A stretch of 64,000 nucleotides of DNA, taken from positions 6,800,778 through 6,864,777 of the forward strand of contig NC_134030.1 of NCBI RefSeq assembly GCF_964204645.1. Reading direction: 5' to 3'. The notes under the pieces were generated by a model. That model was not told the DNA's origin. It searched no databases and saw nothing but the letters and a program-made list of their open reading frames with translations. How positions within the stretch are numbered: the stretch's first letter is position 1; each line of letters begins with the position of its first letter. Below, piece after piece: positions 36,801-49,000 of this stretch. This DNA comes from Tubulanus polymorphus. Lineage: Eukaryota; Animalia; Nemertea. The position numbers and the translations under genes were made by a program.

Positions 36801-39800
36801 TTTCAGATCCTCTCTCTAGAGACCATCGTCAGGTGCGATGATGTAATCTACAACGCCCACACTTGACGAAAGTCTCTAGAGATGGAGTCCGAAACGCCGT
36901 GCATTTTGATTGTAATTCTTGATAATTAAGATTCGATTTCACTCTTTTAAACTCTGTACATAATGGGTTTTAAACGTACTATCTGTTCACCACGTCTGAG
37001 TGTGGCTTTTCTTCCATTATCTAAAATATGTTGTATCGGAAAGGTAAATTGTTATGATCTAAATATTGGCGGAAACATGCATCGAGGCCAATTATCTGAT
37101 CAACTGTTATCACTAGTAGGAATATACCGTTGAAATTGATATGCTAAATTTGATATGCCTCTTGCTTATTTTGAAATTAATGCCCGTGAATTTGAAGTGC
37201 AACAGTCTTCCCACTCCCGCTCATGGTCAGTTCTGATTATTTCAAAAAATCGAGTAAGGTCTGATTATATCAATAGATGAATTATAGCGCCAATATTGAT
37301 TTCGTTATTAGTAAGTAGCATGACGGATAAAAGAAAGCGAATCAATTAGATAATATATATACAAAAAGATTTGTGATTAAATGCAGGCGATGGTGCAAGG
37401 GCGATCTCACCTTCTCGATGGCGCTGGAAGAGATTTTCCATTGGCCATCGAGGGAAGTGTTAATAACGAATGACCGATGTCTAGAAAGGTGGCTTTGTGG
37501 CCGGTAAGTTGTCCATGTTGGTGAAACTACCAGAATATCTGTCAAATAAATTCATAAATTCTGTCATAAATGATAATTACCTTTTTAATATTTAGTTTAT
37601 TATGCGTGATGATGTCATATTATGAATGACAGTTTCTTCCTAATTTGCATCTTATCGGTTTAAGTATTGTATTCAAGCATCAGACGAATAGCAGCTGGTT
37701 AAAATGTATTGTTTTTTTAGCAAATTATCATCTATATTTATACGTATCAGTTACTTATAGTAAGGAGAAGCTGACCCTCCGAGTTTTGAAAATTCATTGA
37801 TAACAATTTTTTGGTTCTGATAGATACATGCAGTCAATTAACACGTGTTCACCCCGACACCAAGTTTAGGATCCAACGATGCCGGCAGCCAAAACAACAT
37901 CTTATAGATAACGAATGGATTTCTATTTTCCACGTTATCATATTTTCAAAAATTCGGAAAAAGGTGGAATACAAGATTCAGTAATACTTTTTTGCTGATG
38001 GATATCGATGTTTTTAGTACCGCTATCGAGCTATGACGGAGACAAACTCATACAGTTTGTTCGGCATGTCAATTTTGTATGTGTTGGGGGAAAATTTGTC
38101 GACGCCAAGCAGTAATTAACATTTGCACAGACGGCAACGGCTTTAACACTAATCAATCGTACCTGCACCTGAGTTTGAAGTTCGGCGTTCAAATTGAATT
38201 ATTGAAATGATGCACTGCGAAACCAGAGTTTCGACAAGCGATGTAAAAATGACGCTGATCACAAGATAGACTTCTCTGTACCATTTCGAGAATTGTTTCA
38301 AAGGTGTCTCTCATTTCGAAGATTCAAATGCATACCTCCATTGAAAACAAGCATCAGCAAATATATGAGCTCCTTGGATCCCGGTCCTACTATGACATTT
38401 TCTTGTTTGAGGCTGGTGCCGTCAAATCGTGAGTGAAAATCACAAATCGTCTGTCTCAGTTCAGGAATTCCTGAAATAGAAGTTGATGATATTTCCATGA
38501 ATATCATTATATAGCACCAGAGTGTTCTGCGCAAAAACATTTCTCTATATGAGCAAACTAAATCACACTATCAAGTGATATTTCTAAAAACGTGAATCTT
38601 GAAAATATGCTTTAGCGGAAGAACTTTACATTCTCGAAACACCTACGTAAGAGCCTGACGAAGCCGAACCGATGAAATATGTCGATACGTACACGTACAT
38701 GTAATATGATAAGTTGAATGAACTTTCTTCTTACCAAATGTTAAAGTATAAAAAGTATCATTTTATACATGTACTATTGATTGTTTTAGGTAAGAATCAA
38801 ATATTAGCACGTGTTTGGCTGTTATCCTAAACTAATATCGTAATTAATCTAGCATACACGCATCAATGGCAAAGTAGTTGTTCTACGAAGCGAGAGGGCC
38901 TTTTTGAATGTGTCTGACACGAGCTCAAACAGGCTGTACACCTTTTTAGAATGTGATCTAAATCATAATCGCATTTTGCATAATTTCAACCCTCTGAAAC
39001 CAAGACACATATTTTTCATCAATGAAAAGTAATCAATATCCTATGTGCACTGGGGCCTCGGAAATACAAAAAGAAAACACATTTTGAAGACATAAATTTT
39101 ATAAAAATATGATATTATTAACATATTGAAGAGAGCAGTATAACTGGAATTAATTTTAAGCCATCACATTCTCGGTGACCGGCGGAAAACGGGTTTTTCC
39201 CAATAAATACTTTTTACCTGACATTTGACAGACACCTGATACAGAGTACCATATGACAAGTTCACAAGACTTTCATTGTTCAGGTCACGTGTACTGAGCA
39301 TTCGTCTTATGGAACAGTATTCGCCATAGATTAATAAAATGATATGTTCTGATCTGTATACGACTTCTTTACAAGAAATTCTCAATCAATTACAGTTATA
39401 GTTCTATATTTTAGTGACAGTGATTAGTTTTTTTGGACGTTATAAACATAACTATTTTCGGGTAAACAGCTCCAACTTTCCAGAACCTCTCGACCTGGTG
39501 AACTGAAAAAAAAAACACACGGGTGTGAGGATTTATTTATGTTGCTGTAAAGATATAACTAACTTCATACCGATGTAGATTAAACAGAATATTACGAAAA
39601 TTCGCATTGTTAAGTATTATATTTTAATAGGGGTTATTAAAGTATGATAATTTTTTATAACCAGCATTCATGACCCGGTGTGACACCGGTGTCACCCTAT
39701 ACAACATGGCTTATTTCACCATCAGATTGAATCCTTTTTTCTTACCTTCTCTTTTTCTGCTTGGTATTTGCTTCTGACATTAAACCTTCTACTGCATTCG

Positions 39801-41068
39801 GAAGATGCGCGGAAGATGCCTTGATTGGATCATGTGATTGACAACAGTTTGACATATTTCACCATCAAATGATATCTGCGACATTGTGTCACAACAGGTT
39901 TTTTAATGTTGTAAATCATCAGAATTGAAATAATGCTATGTACCACGAGGAATCAAGTGTAATTTTGTATAGGGTCAAAGTTAAGTTTAACATTTCAATG
40001 GCAACAAGTACACAAATCAAACGACACATTTCACGAGATGACATTAATGTTTGCCTTTTGATAAATGCTAAAAAGGTTTCAAACGCCATAAGGAAAATTC
40101 AAAGTTTATACCACGGCACGGCACGATACTTTCATATGTAACATTTGCCATGCGTCTAATTCTTCGTACCGTATATACATATACAAATGTTGATAATGAA
40201 TATTATATTGATATGTATTGTGTTACTAATTCAATGATGACGCCAACACGTGGATGACCCCAAGGCCTTAATGAAGAATGAAGAAGCTGGTGCTATAAGG
40301 AATAAAATGCGGATACAATGATTTCTCATTCATATCCATACATTGTGTTGGGCAATGCTCCGTAAATTCTGCGTTGGCATCTAAAAGAATGATTCGAAGT
40401 ATCTTCTCGCGTTAGTCGAATATTATATAGACCCGATACGACATTCTACCTAAATACATGTTTCACAGCCAGCAGCCAATAGCCAATATCTGGACAGGGA
40501 AAATTGATATTGAAAAACATATGCATTTATCAGCGTAAATAAGATTCTATGCATAATGAACGACCCCTCCTCATGGTAAATGTTACTTAGCGTAGAATAC
40601 TGATGTGCATACATACATAGTGACGTTTTATGTAATTAACGGCGTCGAGTTTATAAGTCACCGGGGAAATCATTCACGGAAAAAGGAACAAAAATATAAC
40701 AACATCCATTGCAGAAATGTATACGATTGTAGAAGTGCAGTATATAGTTATGATATATAGGAAAAAGCTTTACCTTGTACGGGAAGATAGTCTTTCTCGT
40801 GTGCCGATTCTTGCAGCGCTTTTACCGCGCATTCGATAACTGGAAACGGTGACTGACCAAACCCGAAATGGTACACCGTTTCACCTGACGCCATCATTTT
40901 CTTAATTCGTTGGTTGAACGCCAGGTTCGATGCCGGACTGTAATTCTGCAGGTGCGACGATATAAGCGATTGTTTTGCCGATATTCTGGCGTTTTTTTCG
41001 ACCTCGTGTTTTCCATTTTCAATTCCGTTAGTTACGGCATCATATGCAGACGAATAAGAATACGACAT
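30879..41068 (-). CDS. PLP-dependent class I/II aminotransferase (aspartate-aminotransferase-like), 12 exons, ~459 aa
   Basis: Exons 40774-41068, 38336-38470, 37411-37538, 35553-35616, 34110-34149, 33519-33609, 33039-33104, 32559-32672, 31782-31864, 31447-31600, 30996-31172, 30879-30911. Motifs FGFGQSPFP, YLPVQGIPELR, GPGSKELI, CNPCNPSG, IADEIY, SLSKWAGAGGWRLG (PLP Lys), PRGGFY, VRLCF. Confidence 0.93.
36713..36983. repeat. ~120-bp inverted repeat with a hammerhead-ribozyme-like motif in each arm (Penelope-like LTR remnant)
   Basis: Arms 36713-36835 and 36860-36983 are reverse-complementary, roughly three-quarters identical by eye. Confidence 0.75.
36793..36836 (-). ncRNA. Minimal hammerhead ribozyme motif
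   Basis: GCAC-CUGACGA-UGGUCUCUAGAGAGAGGAUCU-GAAAC-GUC-GUGU: intact core boxes, stem I GCAC/GUGU, imperfect stem II, essentially no stem III. Confidence 0.55.
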
Positions 41069-41729
41069 AGCGAATACAACGAACTGCTATTATTTCTGAA
41101 ATAGCATGAATAGATTCAAATAAATCCTGTTTTACTGTATTTTGCAATGTTGTGTAAGTAAAGAATTACAGGGATTACACTAATGCCAACAGATCTGGTG
41201 CGAGTGGAAAGTTTGCCTACGAATAGCACAGCAACGCGATGACTTGATTTGTATCGCTCTACGCGCGCAACTAACGCGACACTCACGAATAATTAGTAAT
41301 GACGTTTATACTTGTATTCGAATTTGACGGTTGCATGAATGTATTTGTGAGAAATTATGCTAGGACCTGATGATAACTTTGCTTAGTAGAACTTAGTAAT
41401 AGTAATAGTAATTTATTTCATCATCAACTTCCTCTTTTTCGATTCATTGCACGTTATTATATTGTAAAGAACCCGCATAAAAATGTGGCATGTGATCTCC
41501 AATACCCGTATACCATACGGGATTGCGGGGACTTGACCTGTGTCTGTGGAGACTTGGTCGTTCGATCACCTATTGAAGATATGAAATGCCCGTGGAGGCC
41601 CCGGGTAACAGAACTATAGATAGCAAACAGACATGTCCGTGAATTAAGTAGCCTCATTTTATGATGTATCAATATCATGAACTGAACTGATGATCTGAAT
41701 GCCACAGGTAACAAATTGATCGACATTTG

Positions 41730-41972
41730 TACCTATTTTTGACCCAGGCCAAATTTGGCCCAATCAAAAAACGTCGGACCAGGCCCGAACAACATTCTAG
41801 CACGAGTCAAATCATTGCGTGTAGATTGCTGGTTCCAGAAGTGAATCACTTCGTTTTGTTCAATCGTTGTTCAGTATCGAATGAGTGGTTTACGTGTGAA
41901 CGCGCTCTCTAATTAGGCACGGGCCAAATTTGACTCGGGCCTGAACCGGGCCAAATCGTTCCCGTGTGATGT
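41730..41972. mobile_element. Partial copy of the AGCCGCGATCACAC-TIR MITE family
   Basis: Shares GGCCAAATTTGG motifs, CTCTCTAATTAGGCACGGGCCAAATTTGACTCGG and a CCGTGTGAT end with the copies at 45863 and 52052 (opposite orientation). Confidence 0.6.
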
Positions 41973-43020
41973 CAGCCCGGTGGTTTTTGGAGCCGACGTC
42001 GCCCTGGCTTCGTCCGTCCGGCATACAACATGCATGATCGCATAAAAAAGGAAAAGAATATTATCTCCCCGACGCGTTTTAGGGAGAATAAAATGCTATC
42101 ATTACAATTTTTCATGATTAAAAAAACGTTTATTTCGAATTTGCAGTACGTACGTACTGACTCCACCCTATCCATAGAAGTTAATTCAGTGTTACGAATT
42201 ATCCTTACCGGGATCAGTTAAGTCGTGTTATGACGATGTCGAGAGAACTAAACAGCTGTAAATGATTTGATTTTTGTCTCGCCGATAGCACAAACGAGAG
42301 AGTGTGGAAACCGCCGAATAGATCTCCAATTCACAAGTGGTTATGTCGAGTTCTCATTCTTGTCATCTTGCCACTACACACTTCAGTTTAATCGATCTAT
42401 AAATCGGTTTATTGTAGGACATGATATGAATCGGTGTCTATACGTATCAATATGCGTGATAAGCGTCAAAGTTAATCTTGAAATTCAACCACATCCCTAA
42501 TCCTATATATATGTATTAGTACAGACGTTTGGGTACAACTCTACGGCAGAAATTGGGGCCATAAATAATGCACTGATAGCTTTTATTCACGTTCGCTCCA
42601 AAGTTCGCCAAACGTCCGATTATTTTTGATTTGGCACGAATACCTGGGAAGACTTTTTGAGTCCTTTCTAAAGGTTAATTAACCCAATACCTCGCTCGCT
42701 CGCGTATGGTGATTGACCTTTCTTTTCTCTCGTTAATACCACCGAGGTTGTTGTTTTTTATCGTTTTGCCAATGTCTCCCACATGATGCGTTACATTTAC
42801 CACTAGTATTTAAACGAACGCAAGACGAAAACGTAAATCCATTTGACCGTAGTGAGAGAATTACATACCCACTCTCACATGAGTGCTAGTTAGGTTGGGT
42901 TTTCGAAAATTGGAATATTTGGGTGCATTTATCTAATTGCATTAGGTTTTCGACGACTACAATATTCAACTCTGTTCATCTTCGAACTCCGCAAATTACG
43001 GTATTGAGCGCCACGCGAAT

Positions 43021-46000
43021 ATGGAAAAGAAAGGCCAGCGGAAAACGGAATATTTCACTCGATTCTTTCGAGGCTGTTTCGGCACCAAGCAAAAAGATAA
43101 ATGCGGAAACAGACCAAATATCGAACGGAAATATTCAGACCAATTCGACAGATCTGTTTTAGCAACTCCGGTCATGGTTAGATTTTGTAAGTACTTAAAG
43201 ATGTCTGTTCATTCCTGTGAAGGTTAACTTCGATGTAACATTTTGATAGTGTGTCAAATCGATCTAAATCTCTCATATATTGAATGCCACAGTAATACGT
43301 TGAAATAGTTCATCGTAACCGCACTATGATAAAATCCGTAGAAGATGATCATCCAAAATGAAAAGTTTTTTACTAAAGATTTTTCAACCCTCCGTCATAT
43401 TCTCAAACAATCGAACTGTACGGAATATAATATAGATATTTTTTTATCAAATTCAATCACAGTTAATCTAAACAACACTTCGGATAAGACTGGTTCACTC
43501 ACGACATTGATGAAGAAATTACGGAGTCACCCGACCGATTGCGCTCTACATCTCGACGGTTGCAAGGCGCTCAACACTCTTACCAATTTAGGTTGGTGTT
43601 GTATTTACACTGTAAAAAAAAGTAGCGGACTAATTCCGTTTTTTTGTTACTCCAAATAGGTGATTAAACGCCCTATTTCCGTCATTATGAGGAATAAATC
43701 GCTTTAAAACTGAAATTTTGATTTTGAAACGGATAAAAATGATTGTCAACGTTGATTCCGTAATTTTCACGTTTATGACCGGATTTATTTTTTACAGTGT
43801 AGGCTATCACTATATGATTAATAGGAAAGTTGACAAAGCTTATCAATATTATGTCAACACCTTGCAGTTTTTTTAAACAAAAATACTAAAAGAACTGAGT
43901 TTCATATTAACAAGATTCTATTTTCCTATTGTAGACGACGTCACAATTCTTTTATTGCACAAGGAGATGATTGATTACATTTTGGAATCGATCAAAAGTT
44001 TCTCAACCAAGCCACATCTCATACAGCAAATATCTATAACGCTTCAACGAGTCGTGGAAACGTCAGGTTGAGACAATATAGATAGATATTCTTTTATTCA
44101 ATTCATTCTTGACGGCACGGTGATCGTAAGATTTATAATGCGTAACCCGCCCGTGAATTCTAACTAAAACGAAATTCCTGAAATTCGTTGCTAGAGTACG
44201 GCGTAACCAAAAGCACGCAGTTCCAAAAAAGAAATCACAAAAAAAGTTCCGGGGTAAAATATAATGATCACGACAGAAATGCGAGATTGAAAATTCTGAA
44301 AAGAGCACGGCCTCCGTTTATTTTAAATTTTGCTTATTTTGTTATTATCAATATTTGACTATACGTATTACGCAAGCACCTCTTTATCCTCATTTTGATT
44401 TGAGCACTTAGTATAGACTTCGATTGTAAAAAATCTTCGGTATGGCGATTTAACAATTTTGGTCATATCGGAGTACGACCACAACAACATACTTCTAAAT
44501 GCAATTCTGTACTGTTTAGTTACATTAATTTCTAACGATTTAGTGTGAACAAATTCAATTATGATATATCCTTTAATATTGTTGTTTCACAGCCGATGGT
44601 TGTAGGTATTTTGCGAAGATTGGAGGAATCGGGGTATTGTTCGACCTTATCAACGCGTTTATATCTGAAAATTTCATCGTGACGCAACTATCACAAATCA
44701 TTTCGACGATGACCAATGACGGTACGAATTCGCCGTATAGTTACGACAAATCTTCTCTCATAATAACGCGTGACATACGAAATATTGTTGCGGGCCAAAA
44801 TGAGAAAAAAACGAAATGTTTTTTAACACGAGGTTGAAACTATGGTAGATGATTCGGGCCACCATTAAAAGATATATGACATTCAAGTTCCACAAAAAAA
44901 TTTCCCCTTTTCGTTTTGACGCCAGTTAAAAACTGGCTTTAACGTGGCGTTAAATCGAAAATTGAAAATGTTAATAAGAAATTGGTGCAAATCGAGTGTC
45001 ATATCTCTTTTGATATGGCCCGAGTCAACCACCATATGAAACGGATTTTCGTGTTATGTAAGCATTTTGTTGTTAGAGATTGATTAACCAAAATAGGCAT
45101 CCCGCTGTATATACCCCCGAGACAAAGATTTTAATAACGTAATCGCTTAAAATAAATAGATGTCTATCGTTCTCCCGCAATTTTAGGAGGAGCTGCTATG
45201 CGAGTAGTGAGTGATGCCTACCACAAAGATATTTTGTGGTATCTACAAACAACTAAAACGAGAGATGGAGCCTCTGTTTATTTAACTTCGATATTGTCAA
45301 ATTGCGCTAGACTTGGTACGTAAGTACAATTTGTCGAACATAAAAGAAAGCAATTTCAGGAAATGTTGATTGATAAAGCTGCTGCAATACTTGTAACAAA
45401 AGCAAAACGACCCATCCATATAAAAGTCCGATTTTATGCATGTTTGATTTCACGTTTTAACCTTTTTCAAAGACGGAGCGCGAGCTGAACTCATCAAAGA
45501 TGGCGCTATTCACGCATTAGTCAAAACTTTACTTACGAATTCTAACGACGCGAGGGTGGCTCAGTACGCCATACAAGCGCTCGGTTATCTAGCAAATGAA
45601 GGTAATTCTCATCCCAGATGGAAATCGTTCTCGTCGATTTAAAATCTGTCTCTCAACCGCTAAAGATATGCATGATAATCATCATAATTAGCCAGCATTA
45701 TAGTGTACGTATTCCTTATAGATCGCCGCGGTTCAAAGGAGATCATAGTCGCTGGTTCTGTATTTGCGGTTGTAAAAACCTTGCGTACGTCGACCAGATG
45801 TAAATCCGTTCAAGAGAATGGGTGTAGCATGTTGGCTCAAGTATGCAAACATGGTAAGTATAAGCCGCGATCACACGGAGACGATTTTTGCCCGAGCCAA
45901 ATGGGCACAGTTCCGAGCCGAGTCAAATTTGGCCCCTGCCTAATTAGAGAGCGCGTTAACACGTTCACTTGATACTAAACGATGCTTACGCAAAGGGAAG

Positions 46001-49000
46001 TGAGTCACTTCCGGAACCATGCAGTTTTAATAAGTACGCAATAATAACCAGTGCTGAATTTTGGTCCGGACATGGTCCGACGTTTTTGGGCCGGGCAGAT
46101 AACGCTCGTGTGATCGCGGCTCTATAGTAAAGGTATGAATCGTCGCATTTTGTACATTTTGTATACGTCGATATTACACATCTTAAGTAAGTCCTTCTCA
46201 AGAAGAAGGGTTTATCGAATTTCTAAAAAAGATGAATTCATTTAGGTTCTGGTCGCCAGCAGCTGGCGAATTCCGGCGGGTTGGATACGGTACTCGAGGC
46301 GATGAAACGCTTTCCGGGCAATGAAACGATACAGCTTCAAGGCACGGCCATATTCATGTCTCTGTCGGAAAAAGGTACGAATTAAGAACAATCTGAATGA
46401 TAGAAATAGGTTTCACGCATTCCAAGGCCGATTCAATTAAATCATCCCTTTGTCGGACAGTCGTCGATTCCGTAGCCTATATATGCGAAGGCGTTGAGCT
46501 CGTTTGTTGTCTTACAGTGGTCTTTCTATTTTCAACGAATATACGTAGGTGCCGCATTATTTGTATTTGATCAATGTTCGGCTAAAAATGATACCTTGTT
46601 TCTCCTAACCGGCTGTCATTTTGTAAATCGTTATACAATTTGTATTCAGTTCATTTCTAGAGCTGCTGGGTCTGTTATGTATGGTGGCTGATAAGGGCCA
46701 AGGTTTTATTTCGTTTTGGCGTTCTGGCGTTCTGGCGTTCTGGCGTTCTGGCGCCCTTATTTGCATGCCAGGTATTTTATGTAATGGCCCGAATCAGCCA
46801 ACATAGTTATGGTTTACCTGATCATGATTTAAAGAAAAGTAATATACAGGGCATATAGGCGGCCGGTCGGGTCATCTTTTAAGTTCAGCAGAAAGGAGAA
46901 ACAAGGTATCATTTTTAGCCTTATCTTGAATGTTATACGATTAAGGGGAAATTCGCTCATTTTTTACACGTTCTTCTGTATTAAGATATATTCTGACTCG
47001 AATGACGACAGAGTACGTTACGTAGTTCAGTCGGTCTTTGTGATCTTCTCGGTTAGTGCTACGCATTTTATCAAGTCGCGACATCATTTTATCTAATTTT
47101 ATTTCTTTTTAAATGATTCGCAGAATTGGCGGAAGATTTGGCTAAGAGATCTGGGACGTCTATAATTACGGCAATGAAGAATCACCAACATAACGTTTAC
47201 ATCAACCAGTATGGCTGTAAAACTATTTGCAATATCATTCAGCAAACAGGTAGATATACAAGGTTAATGGTTGACTTTGAATCTATTCAATCCAAATGTC
47301 TTGCTATTTTTACTCGTTTGTCGGGACAAGTTAAGTATTTTAAAAATCGTAACGTACACGAACTTAAGTATTTTCGAAGTATTGTTTTCAGATACATTTT
47401 ACATTAAAGTCCAAACGAATTGACTAAAGTTTGATTTTTTCACCAGGCTATTCCGGCTACGAAACAGTCTTGAATGTCAATAATAAACGAAACGCCAAAG
47501 CGAACTTCATCCTTTTCCGATGAAGGCAACATGGGTTAGCGAAACATGTTAACATTATCATAGTATATATGTAAGATGTAGCAAAAAGGATACAAATTGT
47601 TCACCTGGCGTTTTGTTTATCACCAGGTTATTTAGTAGGATAGCGAGTTTATAGAATTGTCAGCTGAGATGCGCGATAATGACAAACATTTCATATGTAG
47701 TCTTACCGAGGACTTGTTACTTACAGGTGCAGTCCGCAGAATGATGATTGCAAATAATGGTGTCCTCACAATTATAGGAGCTATGGATACATTCCCCGAA
47801 GAACCAGACATTCAGTTCTACGGGTGTCAAATATTTTCAGTATTCGCCCGGGAAGGTAGTTGCCTATCAATTCTTCAGACATAGCTGCATATCTATCTTT
47901 TTTTCTCGCGCACTTATTGACGCTTGTCCAAGTTTCACTGACAAACAAGATTCTGATTATTCCTATACGTTTTCAATACCGGATGCGGAACTGAGACCAG
48001 TTTCATATACATTTGTTTTCAAAGGGATACAAAACGAAAAGCTAACTATATCTAATTCATAGAACCCAACCGATTAGACTCATGTATTTCCGTAATATAT
48101 GCGCCATCTTCGTTTATCATAGATGAATCAAGGCGAATTCTAATTCAAAACGGCGCCGGTCGTGCGACGATAAGCGCGCTATTGACTCTTGACGATCTTG
48201 ATAACATCCAACTAATCGGATGCCAAGTGCTCAACAGTATGATTACAAAATGTGAGTATATATTTATTGATTCTCGGACTTCCGTGAGACCCTTCTAATA
48301 CCGGTCTGTGTGTGTGCGGTCTGGCTTTCAGCTACTTAGCTTAGTTAATAGTCGGTCGATCTTGATGAAACTTGGCGGATACAATGATAATATGGGGGGT
48401 CGGGTTATGCAGTGTAAAAATGGGCCCAGTGCGCTACCTAGCGACAGAAATAGGTACTGAAAACCCTGTATTTCAGCGATATGACCTTGAAGATGACCTC
48501 ATTACTGAGGAACGGGTGGTCGAAATTCAAAAAGTTGTTTTCACTAAGTTCTGCTATTGGCCCTTACAATATATGAAAATGCACTGGGAACTAACAAAAT
48601 GATTTCGGAGTTTGAGTTTGAAGCAGAGCCATTGTCACCTATGGCTCGCTTCATCTCATAAACTCATGATCGTTTTCAAAGACCTATTGCGAAATGTTAC
48701 GGTCCAAAGAACCGAGAAAAATATGGGTATTAGAAACAACGAGAAAAACCGGAAATTAATCGAACCGCACATAAATTGCCCTATTTCCACAGCAAACGCT
48801 CATAAGGTTCAGATCGTCAACTCAGGAGGTATAATCGCATTACTGAATACGATTAGAAAACATGACAACGATAGAGAATTGGCATCCATTTGTTTGAAAG
48901 CTCTCAACAGTTTGATCGAAGTAGGTGAGTCTATTGGTTGACATATGATTCATGTGGATTGGTTTTGTAAATGTTGAGCTGACAATCGTGGTAATTTCAA

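Noticed and set aside
38655-38683. CTGACGA...GAAATATGTC hammerhead-like string
   Set aside because: Stems I and II pair poorly; at most a decayed remnant.
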